Made by a program: the position numbers and the translations under genes. A stretch of 64,000 nucleotides of DNA from Pirellulales bacterium. GTDB taxonomy: Bacteria; Planctomycetota; Planctomycetia; Pirellulales; JAICIG01. The stretch is from contig JBBDYJ010000039.1 in NCBI GenBank assembly GCA_040901675.1, forward strand, positions 17,829 through 81,828, read 5' to 3'. Below, one piece after another: positions 39,848 to 50,580 of this stretch. A model generated the notes under the pieces. The model did not search any database. It had not been told where the DNA came from and was given only the letters and a program-made list of their open reading frames with translations. Positions within the stretch are counted from its first letter, which is position 1; each line of letters opens with the position of its first letter.

Positions 39848-40673
39848 GTAGCATCTCCACGGTCTCTCGGATTCGAATCAGCCGCGTCAACAGGCCGCCC
39901 ACCTGGTCCAGCGGCACCATGTTGGGGCCGTCGCTGGGCGAGGACTCGGGCTGGGGATGGGTCTCGAAAAACAGCCCGTCAACACCCATGGCGGTGGCCG
40001 CCCGCGCCAGCGGTTCGACCATCTCCCGGTTGCCGCCGGTGGCCGAGCCCAAGCCGCCCGGTTCCTGCACGCTGTGAGTGGCGTCGAAAATGACCGGCAC
40101 GCCCAGGGCTTGCATCTGGGGGATCGAACGCATGTCGTTGACCAGCCGGCCATAACCAAAAAAGGTGCCCCGCTCGCACAACAGGATGTGCCGGCAGCCG
40201 GCACTTTCGAGCTTGGACACTACGTGCCGCATGTCCCAGGGGGCCATGAATTGGCCTTTTTTCACGTTCACGGCCCTGCCGGTGCGAGCGGCCGCAGTCA
40301 ATAAATCGGTCTGCCGGGCCAGGAAAGCGGGGATCTGCAGCAGGCCGCAAACCTCGGCCACCGCGGCGGCCTGCTGCGATTCGTGTACGTCGGTGGTCAC
40401 CGGCAAGCCGGTGGCGTCCCGCACGCGCCGCAGGATCGCCAAGCCGGCTTCGAGCCCCAGGCCGCGAAAGGCATCGACGCTGGTTCGATTGGCCTTGTCG
40501 AACGAGGCCTTGAACACCAATTGCACCGGCAAGTCTTGGCAGATCCGCTTGAGTTCGGCGGCGATCGAAAGCGTCAGTTCTTCGTTTTCGATCACGCAGG
40601 GGCCGGCAATCACGAGCAGCGGCTGGTTGCCGCCGCAACGATAGGGTCCGATAGTGGCTGGGTTCTCTGGCAA
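39840..40673 (-). CDS. kdsA: 3-deoxy-8-phosphooctulonate (KDO8P) synthase
   Basis: 'IAGPCVIE', '[12 protein letters not shown]', '[12 protein letters not shown]', 'FDATHSVQ', 'SDGPN'. Confidence 0.95.
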   Translation of the reverse strand: MPENPATIGPYRCGGNQPLLVIAGPCVIENEELTLSIAAELKRICQDLPVQLVFKASFDKANRTSVDAFRGLGLEAGLAILRRVRDATGLPVTTDVHESQQAAAVAEVCGLLQIPAFLARQTDLLTAAARTGRAVNVKKGQFMAPWDMRHVVSKLESAGCRHILLCERGTFFGYGRLVNDMRSIPQMQALGVPVIFDATHSVQEPGGLGSATGGNREMVEPLARAATAMGVDGLFFETHPQPESSPSDGPNMVPLDQVGGLLTRLIRIRETVEMLRA

Positions 40674-41057
40674 GTGAATTGATCGGTCTGGTGCGGGCGA
40701 GCCGGTAATATAGCGGACCGCGAGTGCGCCGTTAACGGACCGGCCGGCCAGGGTCGCCCAACGTGGATTACGCAAACGGCGCGGCACTGGTTTTTCTTTA
40801 GCCTGCCTGGGGGAGCCGATTCGAGGCGTGGCTGTCTCATTTTAAGACTCGACGGATCAACCCCCGGCGCGATTGGCCCGGCTGGTGCGACTCGCAACAC
40901 GATCTTGCGCCGACTGTCGTCGATCGCAACCGCCTGGTTGGGGGGTGCAGTGCTAGCCGCCCCCTCCGCTCTGGCATCCTGCGATTATCATAAGATTTTA
41001 CTATTAAAAGAGTTGTGTCTTGAATCGCGCCGCGCCGGGCGTCGGTCCTTCGGATGC

Positions 41058-41073
41058 TGGCACAGCGAGTGCA
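41058..41073 (+). promoter_or_regulatory. Candidate sigma54 (-24/-12) promoter
   Basis: TGGCAC-AGCGA-GTGCA; GG-N10-GC spacing exact. Confidence 0.45.
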
Positions 41074-41083
41074 TTATGCATCC

Positions 41084-41234
41084 ACCAGGTTTGGGTTTCG
41101 CAAAGACCTCCAAACAAATCGAGAACTGGCCCGCGGGGCCTCTGACGCTCTATTCAGCCGGACGGCTGACTTGCCCCTGACCGTCCAGCAATGGCCAATG
41201 TGTATGTGGCACGTCAGAGGCCCCCGTTTTTTTT
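41084..41234 (+). ncRNA. Candidate structured small RNA
   Basis: Nested stems CCAG/CTGG and GTTTGG/CCAAAC; 13-bp perfect stem GGGGCCTCTGACG/CGTCAGAGGCCCC closed by a T8 tract; lies in a gene-free gap. Confidence 0.4.
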
Positions 41235-41499
41235 GCGCCCTGGCGCCGTGTGGGCACCGTTTCGGGCGACCCGGCGTACGCCGCGGGTCGGCTTGGGCGG
41301 GTCTGAGCCGTCTGAGCCGGGCCGTCCCCCACTCCACACTTTCCCGCCCGCCGGCCGTCTCGCGCGTCTGCGCTCTTGCCGGTCCCTCTTCCCGCCGGTA
41401 GGTGCCAGTGGTATCTTCATGGGCTTAGGCGCAAACTGAGTCTGGGCGACGCCTTTGCGCCCAACACCCGGAAGTGTCGCTTAACTGCCTACAAGGCTT

Positions 41500-41573
41500 G
41501 CCAGCGTAGCTTCAATTGGCAGAGCACCGCATTCGTAATGCGGGGGTTGAGGGTTCGACTCCCTCCGCTGGCT
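41500..41573 (+). tRNA. tRNA-Thr(CGT)
   Basis: Acceptor GCCAGCG/CGCTGGC; anticodon arm CCGCA-TTCGTAA-TGCGG; T-loop GGTTCGACTCC; CCA not encoded. Confidence 0.95.
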
Positions 41574-41636
41574 GTTGGGTTTTGCAACCGCCGGAATCCA
41601 GCGCGGTGTTGCGTATTCAAAGGGAGATAACTGCGT

Positions 41637-42962
41637 ATGGCGCAAGCTTTGGAGTTCGACCTCAAACAGTTGGTGGTTTCCAGCCCGTCGTTCGGCCCGG
41701 CGGAAGTCCGGCAATTGATCGAGGGGCTGGCCGCCGATTTCTCCAACTACCGCTTGCTGCGGGAGGCGGTCCAGGAACTGGAGGCCAAGCAGGCAACCGC
41801 CGCGGCGGCCAAGGTCCGAATGGGCATTTGCTATTACCTGTTGGGCCGTTACCGGCTGGCGGTCGAGGCGCTTTCCGCCGCCGACAACGCCGGCCTGACA
41901 CACTATTACCTGGGCCGAGCGCACTTCGCCCGGCAGGAGTATAAGCAGGCGGTCGATGCGTACCAGGCAGCGGCCAAGTCCGGCTACGAGGCGAGCGCCT
42001 GCGCGCTGGCGCGGGCCGAAGCCCTGCGTTATGCGGGCGACGCCAAGGGCGGCCTGGCCGTGCTGGACGGACTTTCGGGGGCCATCGAGCAGACCGCCGA
42101 TTATCTCTATCAGCGCGGCGCCACGGTGGCCGCGATCGGAGGCAACCCGGCTGAGGCCGTGGCCCTGCTCGAGCGAGCCGTCGAGGCCGATCCGCGTCAT
42201 CCGGGCGCGTTGTTCGCTTTGGCGCTCGAAAACGATCGCCGCGGCAACGACGAGACGGCGCTGGAGCTATATCAGCGGTCGGCGGGCCGTTTCCCCGCGC
42301 ACATCGGCGCGCTGTTGAACCTGGGGATCCTCTACGAGGACCGCCAGCAGTACGAACGCGCCCGCCAATGCTACCAGCGGATCCTGGACGTGTTTCCCAA
42401 CCACGGCCGGGCCAGGCTGTTCCTCAAGGACGCGCAGGCCTCGGGCGACATGTACTACGACGAGGACGCGCAGCGCCGCCGCGACCGGTTGGGGCAGATT
42501 CTCAACGTGCCGGTGACCGATTTCGAGCTCTCGGTGCGCAGCCGCAATTGCCTCCACAAAATGGGCCTGTTGACGCTGGGCGACCTGAGCCGGACCACCG
42601 AGCAGGAATTGCTCGCCAGCAAGAACTTCGGCGAGACCTCGCTGGTCGAGATCAAGGAGATGATGGCGTCCAAGGGATTGGAACTCGGCCAGCTCGCGGG
42701 CGAGAAGCAGGCCATCGAGGTCGGTTATGAACCGGAGACCGTCAGCGCCGACGAGCAGGCCCTGTTGGGCAAGCCGATTGCCGACCTGAACCTCTCCGTG
42801 CGGGCACGCAAGTGCATGATCCGCTTGGGCGTCAGCACCATCGGCGACCTGATCCGACGGACCGGCGATGAGCTGTTGGAGTGCAAGAACTTCGGCGTTA
42901 CCAGCCTGAACGAGGTCCGCGAAAAACTTTCCGCACACGGGCTCAAGTTGCGCGGTGACTGA
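41637..42962 (+). CDS. TPR protein with two RNA polymerase alpha-CTD-like domains
   Basis: TPRs, then '[11 protein letters not shown]...[15 protein letters not shown]' and '[11 protein letters not shown]...[15 protein letters not shown]'. Confidence 0.85.
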   Translation: MAQALEFDLKQLVVSSPSFGPAEVRQLIEGLAADFSNYRLLREAVQELEAKQATAAAAKVRMGICYYLLGRYRLAVEALSAADNAGLTHYYLGRAHFARQEYKQAVDAYQAAAKSGYEASACALARAEALRYAGDAKGGLAVLDGLSGAIEQTADYLYQRGATVAAIGGNPAEAVALLERAVEADPRHPGALFALALENDRRGNDETALELYQRSAGRFPAHIGALLNLGILYEDRQQYERARQCYQRILDVFPNHGRARLFLKDAQASGDMYYDEDAQRRRDRLGQILNVPVTDFELSVRSRNCLHKMGLLTLGDLSRTTEQELLASKNFGETSLVEIKEMMASKGLELGQLAGEKQAIEVGYEPETVSADEQALLGKPIADLNLSVRARKCMIRLGVSTIGDLIRRTGDELLECKNFGVTSLNEVREKLSAHGLKLRGD

Positions 42963-44079
42963 TCACCCACGTTTCGCGTTCCAAGTCCACCACGCCGACG
43001 CCGGTTGTGCCGCCCGGCTCAGCCGGTTCGACACGCCACACGGCTCCGTCAGCATGCCGGCCTTCATGCCGGTCGGCACGCAGGGCACCGTCAAGGGACT
43101 CACCGTCGAACAACTCAAGGGCACCGGCGCCGAAATGGTGCTGGCCAACACCTATCACCTGGCACTGCGCCCCGGCGAACAAGTGGTCGAAGCGCTGGGA
43201 GGCCTGCACGCCTTCATGGGCTTCAGCGGACCGATCCTGACCGACAGCGGAGGCTTCCAGGTCTTCAGCCTGGCGGCCATGACACGGGTGACCGACGAGG
43301 CCGCCGTGTTCCGCTCGCACATCGACGGCCGGACCGTGACCCTGTCGCCCGAGCGGGCGATCGCCATCCAGCAATCGCTGGCCAGCGACGTGGCCATGCC
43401 GCTGGATCACGTGGTGGCGCTGCCGGCCACGGACCAGCAGTTGCGCGACGCGGTCGAGCGGACGCTGTTGTGGGCTGAGCGAAGCCGCCAGGCGGCCACC
43501 CGCGGGGACCAGGCGCTGTTTGGCATCGTGCAAGGCGGCCTGGACGAGCGGCTGCGGGTCGAGTGCGCCGAGCGGCTGCGGGCGCTCGACTTCGATGGTT
43601 ATGCCGTGGGCGGCTTGTCGGTCGGCGAGTCGCCGGCCGAGATGTTCCGGGTCCTCGAGTTCACGGTGCCGGCCCTGCCCGAACACCGTCCGCGGTACTT
43701 GATGGGCGTCGGCCGGCCCCAGGACCTGCTGTCGGCGATCGAGCGAGGGATCGACCTGTTCGACTGCGTGATGCCGACCCGCAACGGCCGCAACGCGCTG
43801 GCCTTTACCGACCAGGGACCGATGCGGTTGCGAAACCGGAAATACGAGCGCGACGAGCGGCCGTTGGAGCCCGCTTGCCCGTGTGCGGCCTGCCGGCACA
43901 GCCGGGGCTATCTGCGGCACCTGTTCATGGCCAGGGAGATGCTGGGGGCCATGCTGTTGTCGATCCACAACCTTACTTACTACCAGCGGCTGCTGGCCGA
44001 AGCGCGGCAGGCCATCGCCGCGGACCGCTTTGTGGCGTTTCGCGAGAGCAAGCTGAAGACCTGGGAGGTGAAGGCCTAG
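42955..44079 (+). CDS. tgt: Queuine tRNA-ribosyltransferase
   Basis: '[12 protein letters not shown]', '[11 protein letters not shown]', '[11 protein letters not shown]', Zn site 'CPCAAC...H'. Confidence 0.97.
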   Translation: MTDHPRFAFQVHHADAGCAARLSRFDTPHGSVSMPAFMPVGTQGTVKGLTVEQLKGTGAEMVLANTYHLALRPGEQVVEALGGLHAFMGFSGPILTDSGGFQVFSLAAMTRVTDEAAVFRSHIDGRTVTLSPERAIAIQQSLASDVAMPLDHVVALPATDQQLRDAVERTLLWAERSRQAATRGDQALFGIVQGGLDERLRVECAERLRALDFDGYAVGGLSVGESPAEMFRVLEFTVPALPEHRPRYLMGVGRPQDLLSAIERGIDLFDCVMPTRNGRNALAFTDQGPMRLRNRKYERDERPLEPACPCAACRHSRGYLRHLFMAREMLGAMLLSIHNLTYYQRLLAEARQAIAADRFVAFRESKLKTWEVKA

Positions 44080-44422
44080 GAAGGCAGAAGGACGAAGGCA
44101 GAAGGGTGAAGGCAGAAGGATGAAGGATGAAGGATGAAGGAAGGATGAAGAGCAGCCTGACCGTGAAACCAGCGGGGGCGGTGCCGGTTTGGCCAGAACT
44201 CTGGCGCGTTCTGCTACACTCCGCGTTTCGGCTCCTATTCTGCCTTCTGCCTGCGTCCTTGCCCTTGTCGGTTGCGGCGCTTCGCCTTATGATACTTGAC
44301 TACACTTCGCCCGGTATATGCGGGCAGGATGTTGCGCGTTGGGCCGTTCCTATCGGGTTCCCCCGCGACGCGGCGGCCCAGACACGTAAAAGCGGGGCTT
44401 CCAGAACTCAGGGGGGTCGTGG

Positions 44423-44800
44423 GTGATATCGGACGTGTTTCTCGCGTGGTCCTTGCTGGCCCAGAATGGCGGGCCGCCGCCGGTGAGCGGCCTGCAGTCG
44501 GCCATGCCGCTGTTCACGATCGTGGCGATTTTCGTGCTTTACATCGTGGTCATTCACCGGCCGGCGATGCGGCGCGAACAGCAGGCCCGGCAAGCCATGC
44601 TGGCGGGTCTGAAGAAGAACGATCGCGTGATCACCAACAGCGGGATCTACGGGGTGGTGACCAGCGTTCAGGCCGACGCGGATGAAGTGACCATACGCGT
44701 GGACGAGGCCTCGAATGCCAAGCTGCGGCTGACCCTCTCGGCGATTGCCCGCGTGCTGGGCGACGAAACGGGGGCCGAGGCAAAGAAAGAGTCAAAATAA
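44423..44800 (+). CDS. yajC: Preprotein translocase subunit YajC
   Basis: 'LKKNDRVITNSGIYGVV'; lies between tgt and secDF. Confidence 0.9.
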   Translation: MISDVFLAWSLLAQNGGPPPVSGLQSAMPLFTIVAIFVLYIVVIHRPAMRREQQARQAMLAGLKKNDRVITNSGIYGVVTSVQADADEVTIRVDEASNAKLRLTLSAIARVLGDETGAEAKKESK

Positions 44801-44870
44801 ACAGGATGAACAGGCGGTTCGAAAGAATTCAAAGCCGGTGGGCCCGCCAGCTCATCGTCCTGGAGACAAG

Positions 44871-47800
44871 ATGATGGCAAAGCAATCGACGGCCCGACTG
44901 CGGCCGAGCTGGCGGGCACTCGTGCTGGCACTGGTCTGCCTGTCGGCCGGCGCGCTGCTGGCAACCGGGCCGGATATTTCCCTGGCCCAGCAAACGCCGC
45001 CCGCGGGCCTGGCCGAAGAGCAGCCGGTCAGCGGCGAGCTGCCGGGGCAGACGGCGCCGGACGGCGAAGCGGCCCAGCCGCCGGGCGAACCCGCGGCCGA
45101 TCCAGACCGCCGGGTGGCGCGTCCCGGCGAGACGGGCCTGTCTCCCTTGGCGCGGATCGGCATTGTGGCCGCCGTGTTCCTGATCCCCCTGCTGCTGGGC
45201 CATTACCTGGCCGGCGTGCTGCGGATGCCGGACTACGAATGGCGGATCAGCGTGGCGTTGTTCGCCATCGTGGCCGGGCTGACGATCACGGTGTTGGGGT
45301 GGCCGCCCAAGCTGGGACTCGACCTGCGCGGTGGTGCGATCCTGATTTACCAGGTCGAGGACGCCGACTTCAACATGGAGCAGTTGGTCACGGAGGTGAC
45401 TCAGCGCGTCAATCCGGGCGGCATCCGCGAGGTGGCGGTGCGCCCTTACGGCGAGAGGGAGATCCAGATCTCGATTCCCGAGGCGGACGAGAACGAGCTG
45501 CAGCGGATCGAGTACATCCTGAGCACGACCGGCCAACTGGAGTTCCGCATCCTGGCCACCCGCGATGACGACGAGGACATCGTCTCCCTGGCCACCGGGG
45601 AGCAGTTTGACAACGTGACCGAGGTCACCGACGAGGCGGAGGACGGCACGCAGGAAGTCGTCGCCAAGTGGGTGCCGGTGGCCAAGGAGGAGGCGGCCAG
45701 GTACGCGGCGAGCGATTACTATGCCACGCGCCTGAATAAACGGGGCGAGCTGGAAGTGCTGGTGCTGATGGATCCGTTCAACGTCACCGGCGAATACCTG
45801 ACCAAAGCCTCGCCGGGGGTGGACCGCAACAACAGGCCGGCCGTCAATTTCTCCTTTGACTCGGCCGGGGCCCGCAGGTTCGGCAATTTGACGGGCCGCA
45901 ACCTGCCCGATCCCGCCCAGCCCAACAAGACCCGCGCGCTGGGGATCGTTCTCGATCGGTACCTGCGTTCGGCCCCGGCTATCCGCGAGCGGATCAACCG
46001 CGATGGGGAGATCACGGGTGAATTCACGGAGCAGGAGGTCAAGGACCTGGCCGCCGTGCTCACCGCCGGGGCCCTGCCCGCCACGCTGGTGAAGGAGCCG
46101 ACCAGCCGGCTGCTGACCGGACCCACGCTGGGCCGCGACATGATCGACAAGGGCGTCCGCGCCATGACGGTTTCGACGATCATCGTGGTGCTGTTCATGA
46201 TCGTCTACTACCGATTCGCCGGCTGCGTGGCCAACCTGGCACTGTTGCTGAACGTGATGTTGATCGTGGCCTTCATGATCCTCTTCAACGCCGCCTTCAC
46301 GCTGGCCGGACTGGCGGGCCTGGCCTTGACGGTGGGCATGGCCGTGGATGCCAACGTGTTGATCTACGAGCGGATGCGCGAGGAGTTGAAACGCGGGGCC
46401 ACGATGCGGATGGCAATCCGCAACGGATTCGACCGGGCGACGACCACCATCATCGACGCCAACGTCACCACCTTGATCTCGGCCATCGTGCTGTACGCCA
46501 TCGGCACCGACCAGGTCAAGGGCTTCGCCGTGACGTTGATCCTCGGCATCATGATGAACCTCTTCACGGCCATTACGTGCTCGCGGTTGGTCTTCGACGT
46601 CTCGGAGAAGATGCGTTGGATCACCCAACTCAAAATGTTGAGGATCCTCGAGAACCCGAACTTCGATTTTGTGGGCAAGTGCAAGCCGGCCATCGCCCTG
46701 TCGATCGTGGTGATCGGCATCGGGCTGGCCGCCGTGGTGGCCCGCGGCAAAGGCCTGTTGGACATCGACTTCACGGGCGGCGTCTCGGTGGAAGCGCTCT
46801 TCGAGGAACCGCAATCGATCGCCTACGTGCGCGAGCGGGTGCAGGACTTGCCGGACGTCACGGTGCAGGATGTAAAGATTTCCGACGAGCCGGCCGGCAA
46901 GCGGTTTCTGATCGTCACTTCCGAGCCGAAAATCGACGAGGTCAAGGCAAAGCTGAAGTCGATCTTCGATGAGCCGAATCACCACCTGGCCTTCAATCAC
47001 CTCGAGTGGAGCTTGGAACCGATTCCGCCGCCCGGCCAGGAAGCGCCAGCCCGCGGCGCCGGCCAGGAACAGCCGCCCGCCGGCCGGCCTCGGCCCGCGG
47101 AGGACCGGCAAGGGGCCGGCGATCCCGCCGACCAGCGGCCTAGCGCCGACGAAGGTGCGCTGCGGGCCCGCGCCGACGAGGGCCTGTTGGCCATGGCCGA
47201 CGGCGCGCCGTGGACATCGGCGCCCACGACCTTGGCGCAGAACACGACCTTGGCGCAGGACACCGGCGCCGCGGCCGATCCCCAGCCGCCCAGCGCCGGT
47301 TCCGCCGCCCAGAGCGATGAGGCGGATAGGGAATCCGAGCAGGCCGAGAAGCCCCAATCCGAGGCCGCGGACGCCGGCCGTGCGACGAGCGGCGGGGCGG
47401 TTGCTCCCGCGGAAGCGACGCGCGCCACCCTGAAGTTCACGGAAAAAATCGACCACGACACGCTGGCCCGCGAGCTGCAAGCGGTGCTGGCGACCAAGGG
47501 GCGCGACGAGGTGCCCTTCGGCCTGGACAACCCCGAATACGAAGAGGGCATTACGCGCGGCTTTGCCCAGTGGACGCTCGAAGTCGATCTCGGGCCGGAC
47601 GAGACCCGCCAGGTGCTCGGCCAGCTCGAAGAAAAGTTCGCCAGCGAACCGGTCTTCCCCTCGTCCAACAAGATCGGGGCCAGCGTGGCCGCCAACACGC
47701 AGTGGCAAGCCAGCTACGCCCTGCTGGCGAGCCTGTTTTTGATCATCGTCTACGTCTGGATCCGCTTCCAGCAGGTGAGCTTCGGTTTTGCCGCCGTGCT

Positions 47801-48356
47801 GGCCGTGGTTCACGACGTGCTGGTCGCTCTGGGAGCCCTGGCCCTGAGCCTCTGGCTGGCCAACTACCTGGGGTTCGTGTTGATCGAGCCGTTCAAGATC
47901 AACCTGACGATCATCGCGGCCTTCCTGACGATTATCGGCTACTCGCTGAACGACACGATCGTGATCTTCGACCGCATCCGCGAACTGCGGGGCAAGAGCA
48001 CGGAGTTGGGGCCCGAGCTGGTCAACTTGTGCATCAACCAGACGTTGAGCCGCACGATCCTGACCTCGTTGACCGTGTTCATCGTGGTGGTGATTCTCTA
48101 TGTCTTTGGCGGCCAGGGGCTGCACGGCTTTGCCTTTACGCTGGTCGTCGGCACGATTTCCGGGACCTACAGCACCGTCTACATTGCCACGCCGGTGTTG
48201 ATCTGGATGAACCGCGGATGGCGCCGCGGCACGACCGCGCCAGGCGCCAGCCAGGACCGGCGAGCGCCGGCGCCGGCAGCCCCCTCGCCCGGAGGCTTCA
48301 CCAGCCGCATGATGGCGCTGCCGGGACGTTTCGTTCGCAAGTTGCTCTGGTCCTAG
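44871..48356 (+). CDS. secDF: Fused protein translocase subunit SecDF
   Basis: 'LGLDLRGG', 'GMAVDANVLIYER', 'IDFTGG', 'GYSLNDTIVIFDRIRE'; long Pro/Ala insertion containing an 18-bp duplication at 47225-47260. Confidence 0.95.
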   Translation: MMAKQSTARLRPSWRALVLALVCLSAGALLATGPDISLAQQTPPAGLAEEQPVSGELPGQTAPDGEAAQPPGEPAADPDRRVARPGETGLSPLARIGIVAAVFLIPLLLGHYLAGVLRMPDYEWRISVALFAIVAGLTITVLGWPPKLGLDLRGGAILIYQVEDADFNMEQLVTEVTQRVNPGGIREVAVRPYGEREIQISIPEADENELQRIEYILSTTGQLEFRILATRDDDEDIVSLATGEQFDNVTEVTDEAEDGTQEVVAKWVPVAKEEAARYAASDYYATRLNKRGELEVLVLMDPFNVTGEYLTKASPGVDRNNRPAVNFSFDSAGARRFGNLTGRNLPDPAQPNKTRALGIVLDRYLRSAPAIRERINRDGEITGEFTEQEVKDLAAVLTAGALPATLVKEPTSRLLTGPTLGRDMIDKGVRAMTVSTIIVVLFMIVYYRFAGCVANLALLLNVMLIVAFMILFNAAFTLAGLAGLALTVGMAVDANVLIYERMREELKRGATMRMAIRNGFDRATTTIIDANVTTLISAIVLYAIGTDQVKGFAVTLILGIMMNLFTAITCSRLVFDVSEKMRWITQLKMLRILENPNFDFVGKCKPAIALSIVVIGIGLAAVVARGKGLLDIDFTGGVSVEALFEEPQSIAYVRERVQDLPDVTVQDVKISDEPAGKRFLIVTSEPKIDEVKAKLKSIFDEPNHHLAFNHLEWSLEPIPPPGQEAPARGAGQEQPPAGRPRPAEDRQGAGDPADQRPSADEGALRARADEGLLAMADGAPWTSAPTTLAQNTTLAQDTGAAADPQPPSAGSAAQSDEADRESEQAEKPQSEAADAGRATSGGAVAPAEATRATLKFTEKIDHDTLARELQAVLATKGRDEVPFGLDNPEYEEGITRGFAQWTLEVDLGPDETRQVLGQLEEKFASEPVFPSSNKIGASVAANTQWQASYALLASLFLIIVYVWIRFQQVSFGFAAVLAVVHDVLVALGALALSLWLANYLGFVLIEPFKINLTIIAAFLTIIGYSLNDTIVIFDRIRELRGKSTELGPELVNLCINQTLSRTILTSLTVFIVVVILYVFGGQGLHGFAFTLVVGTISGTYSTVYIATPVLIWMNRGWRRGTTAPGASQDRRAPAPAAPSPGGFTSRMMALPGRFVRKLLWS

Positions 48357-48377
48357 TGCTGCTTAGCGCTAGTGCTA

Positions 48378-48433
48378 GTAGGACGGGCTTCCTTGCCCGT
48401 CTAGATCTAGACGGCCTGGGAAGGCCGTCCTAC
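48378..48433. repeat. Inverted pair of GTAG-type REPs (REPIN-like), family C
   Basis: GTAGGACGGGCTTCCTTGCCCGTC-TAGATCTA-GACGGCCTGGGAAGGCCGTCCTAC, just after the secDF stop. Confidence 0.75.
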
Positions 48434-48709
48434 GTATTCGTCCATCCATGGTGACAGAGCAGGCGGTGACTGGCCGGCACGGCCGGCGCAATCGCCACAC
48501 TCCTTGCCGCGCGCGAAGCCGTGCGCGTTCTAACGGTGCGGCCGGCGGGAATGCCGCCGCTGGACTCGACGCCACCGGATCCCGATACAAGAAGACGGTG
48601 TATTGCCCAGCCGGCGCGGAACTTGAGTGCCACTGCTTGGAGGTTCCGCCGTGTCGGAACCGAGAAGCAGCACGAGCCGCGCCAGTGGAAAGCCAATGGG
48701 AGAGGATCG

Positions 48710-49567
48710 GTGCCGAGAGGTCGAGCCAAGATAGCCCTGGTATCCGCCGTGCTTCTGGCCGGACTGGTGGGGGCCACGCTGTTTCGCCGGCGGCCCGGCA
48801 CGGACGTCGAGCCGGTGGCACCGGCGGCCGCCGGCCCGCAAGATTCAACGGCCGAGCGTCCGCCCCAGGCCGGCGCCGCGCCTCGCGCGTTGGGTCGAAT
48901 CGATCTGAACGAGCAGGCCGGCGAAATCGCTCCCGACGACGCCTCGCGGCACCACCCGGCCGCCGCATTGGACCCAGCTTGGACGCCCGACGATGAGCCG
49001 GCTGAAGCATCCGAGGGAACAGGCCGAAGGCCCCCCTTTGAAACTTCGTCCTGGCACGGAGCGGGAGGCGAGCGGCCGAGTGCAAGGGCAGGCGAGTCGC
49101 TTGGCGGCACGGGCAGCTCGTTCAGGCACACGATCCGCGATGGCGACACGCTGTCGTCGATCGCCGGGCGGTACCTGGGATCGAGCGAGCGTTTCCTGGA
49201 GATATTCGAGGCCAACCGGCATCGGCTCGCCAGTCCCGATTTGTTGCCGATCGGGGTCCAGCTCGATATCCCGCCGACCGGCGCTGGGGCGGCGGCCCGG
49301 CCGGAGCCGCCCAGTGAACCGGCCTCTCAGCGGCACACCGCGACGGCGGGCGACATGGTGGCGATACCCCCCGGCTCGCTCGCGCGGGGCGAGGCGGCGG
49401 GCAATTCGCCACGGACCTACCTGGTCAGGGCCGACGATACGCTGGCCGAGATTGCACGCCGGTTTTACGGCGACGGCCGCCGCTACCGCGAGCTGTTCGA
49501 AGCCAACCGCGATCGGCTGGCCAGCCCCGACGATCTGCGGGAAGGAACGCTGCTGGTGATTCCCTGA
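48710..49567 (+). CDS. Membrane-anchored protein with two LysM domains
   Basis: 'HTIRDGDTLSSIAGRYLG...IFEANR' and 'YLVRADDTLAEIARRFYG...LFEANR'; start uncertain. Confidence 0.85.
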   Translation: MPRGRAKIALVSAVLLAGLVGATLFRRRPGTDVEPVAPAAAGPQDSTAERPPQAGAAPRALGRIDLNEQAGEIAPDDASRHHPAAALDPAWTPDDEPAEASEGTGRRPPFETSSWHGAGGERPSARAGESLGGTGSSFRHTIRDGDTLSSIAGRYLGSSERFLEIFEANRHRLASPDLLPIGVQLDIPPTGAGAAARPEPPSEPASQRHTATAGDMVAIPPGSLARGEAAGNSPRTYLVRADDTLAEIARRFYGDGRRYRELFEANRDRLASPDDLREGTLLVIP

Positions 49568-49614
49568 GGTCAGAGGTCAGAGGTCCCCCCGCTCCGGATC
49601 GTTGCACTTCCTTC

Positions 49615-50580
49615 CTACAGCGGTCGCCTGCGCTCTTTCCAGGGGATGTTCTGGTTGATGACGCGCATCTGGATGAAGGCGGCAATCCGCTCCTGGAGCT
49701 CGAGGCTCGGCTCGCCCAGCAGGCTCGTGCCTTGCAGTTGGGTCTCCCTTTCGTCGATGAACAGCGTCATTTGCTCCGGGTCGTCGGGTTTTTCGCGGTC
49801 GCGTTCGAGTGCCTTATAGAGCTGCCGGCTTTCCTTCAGAAACTTGGGATCGCCGGACCCCATCACGATATAGACCGACACCATTTTGCGGACCGCCGGA
49901 TGCGCCGTGGCCGTGGTCATCCGAAGTCCTTTGTCCGACTGGACAGGCGAAATCAGCACGACGGCTTTGACATCCTGACCCTGTTTGCCGGTGGCCAGCA
50001 CCGGCCAGCTCCAGTCGATCGCGGTCCAATTCATCGCGATCAGCGCGCCCACCTCGGCGCCGACGACGACCAGCTTGTCGATGTTGAGTTTCTGGTCTCT
50101 GTGTTGATCGAGCAGAAACGACTTGACTCTCTCCACATCCAATTGGACCATGTACGCATACTGCCGGACGGGCATGGTATCTGCGCTCAGCTTCTTGGTC
50201 GTCCCCTGCACGATCGTGCTCTCGCCGTGCCCCCGCAGGTCCGGAACGATCACCGCGTGCCCTTGCTCCTGCATGTGCCTGGCCAGTCCGTGGAAATCGG
50301 CGCGGTTTCCCATGCTGCCGTGAAGCATGATAATCGGCACGCTGTCCTTACCCTTGGTGCCGGGATAGTAGGTGGCCACCAGGCGGACGCCGTCCTTGGT
50401 GTCGAAGCTCACGACCTCTTCTGGCGGCAACTCGAGCGGCCGTTGCCGTACCGGCGCTGCCGGGTCCTGAGCCCAGGCTGCCTGGCTGAAGATGCTCAAC
50501 GCGAGCAGCAGGGCCGCCAGCAGGCGGGCGGCCACGACGGTGCTTCGCCGTGGCGACATCGACCAGGGGGCGTTGAACAT
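49615..50580 (-). CDS. Secreted alpha/beta-hydrolase fold protein with non-canonical nucleophile elbow
   Basis: 'IIMLHG', 'PDLRGHGES', 'VVVGAEVGA' where GxSxG is expected. Confidence 0.8.
   Translation of the reverse strand: MFNAPWSMSPRRSTVVAARLLAALLLALSIFSQAAWAQDPAAPVRQRPLELPPEEVVSFDTKDGVRLVATYYPGTKGKDSVPIIMLHGSMGNRADFHGLARHMQEQGHAVIVPDLRGHGESTIVQGTTKKLSADTMPVRQYAYMVQLDVERVKSFLLDQHRDQKLNIDKLVVVGAEVGALIAMNWTAIDWSWPVLATGKQGQDVKAVVLISPVQSDKGLRMTTATAHPAVRKMVSVYIVMGSGDPKFLKESRQLYKALERDREKPDDPEQMTLFIDERETQLQGTSLLGEPSLELQERIAAFIQMRVINQNIPWKERRRPL

Noticed and set aside
41500..41573. tRNA as integration site
   Set aside because: No duplicated 3' tRNA fragment or integrase nearby; followed directly by conserved genes.
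44829..48125. 1098-aa minus-strand ORF (also 59960-62482, 12996-14510, 30-1115 and similar)
   Set aside because: Antisense shadows of well-supported genes, expected in high-GC DNA; no recognisable motifs.
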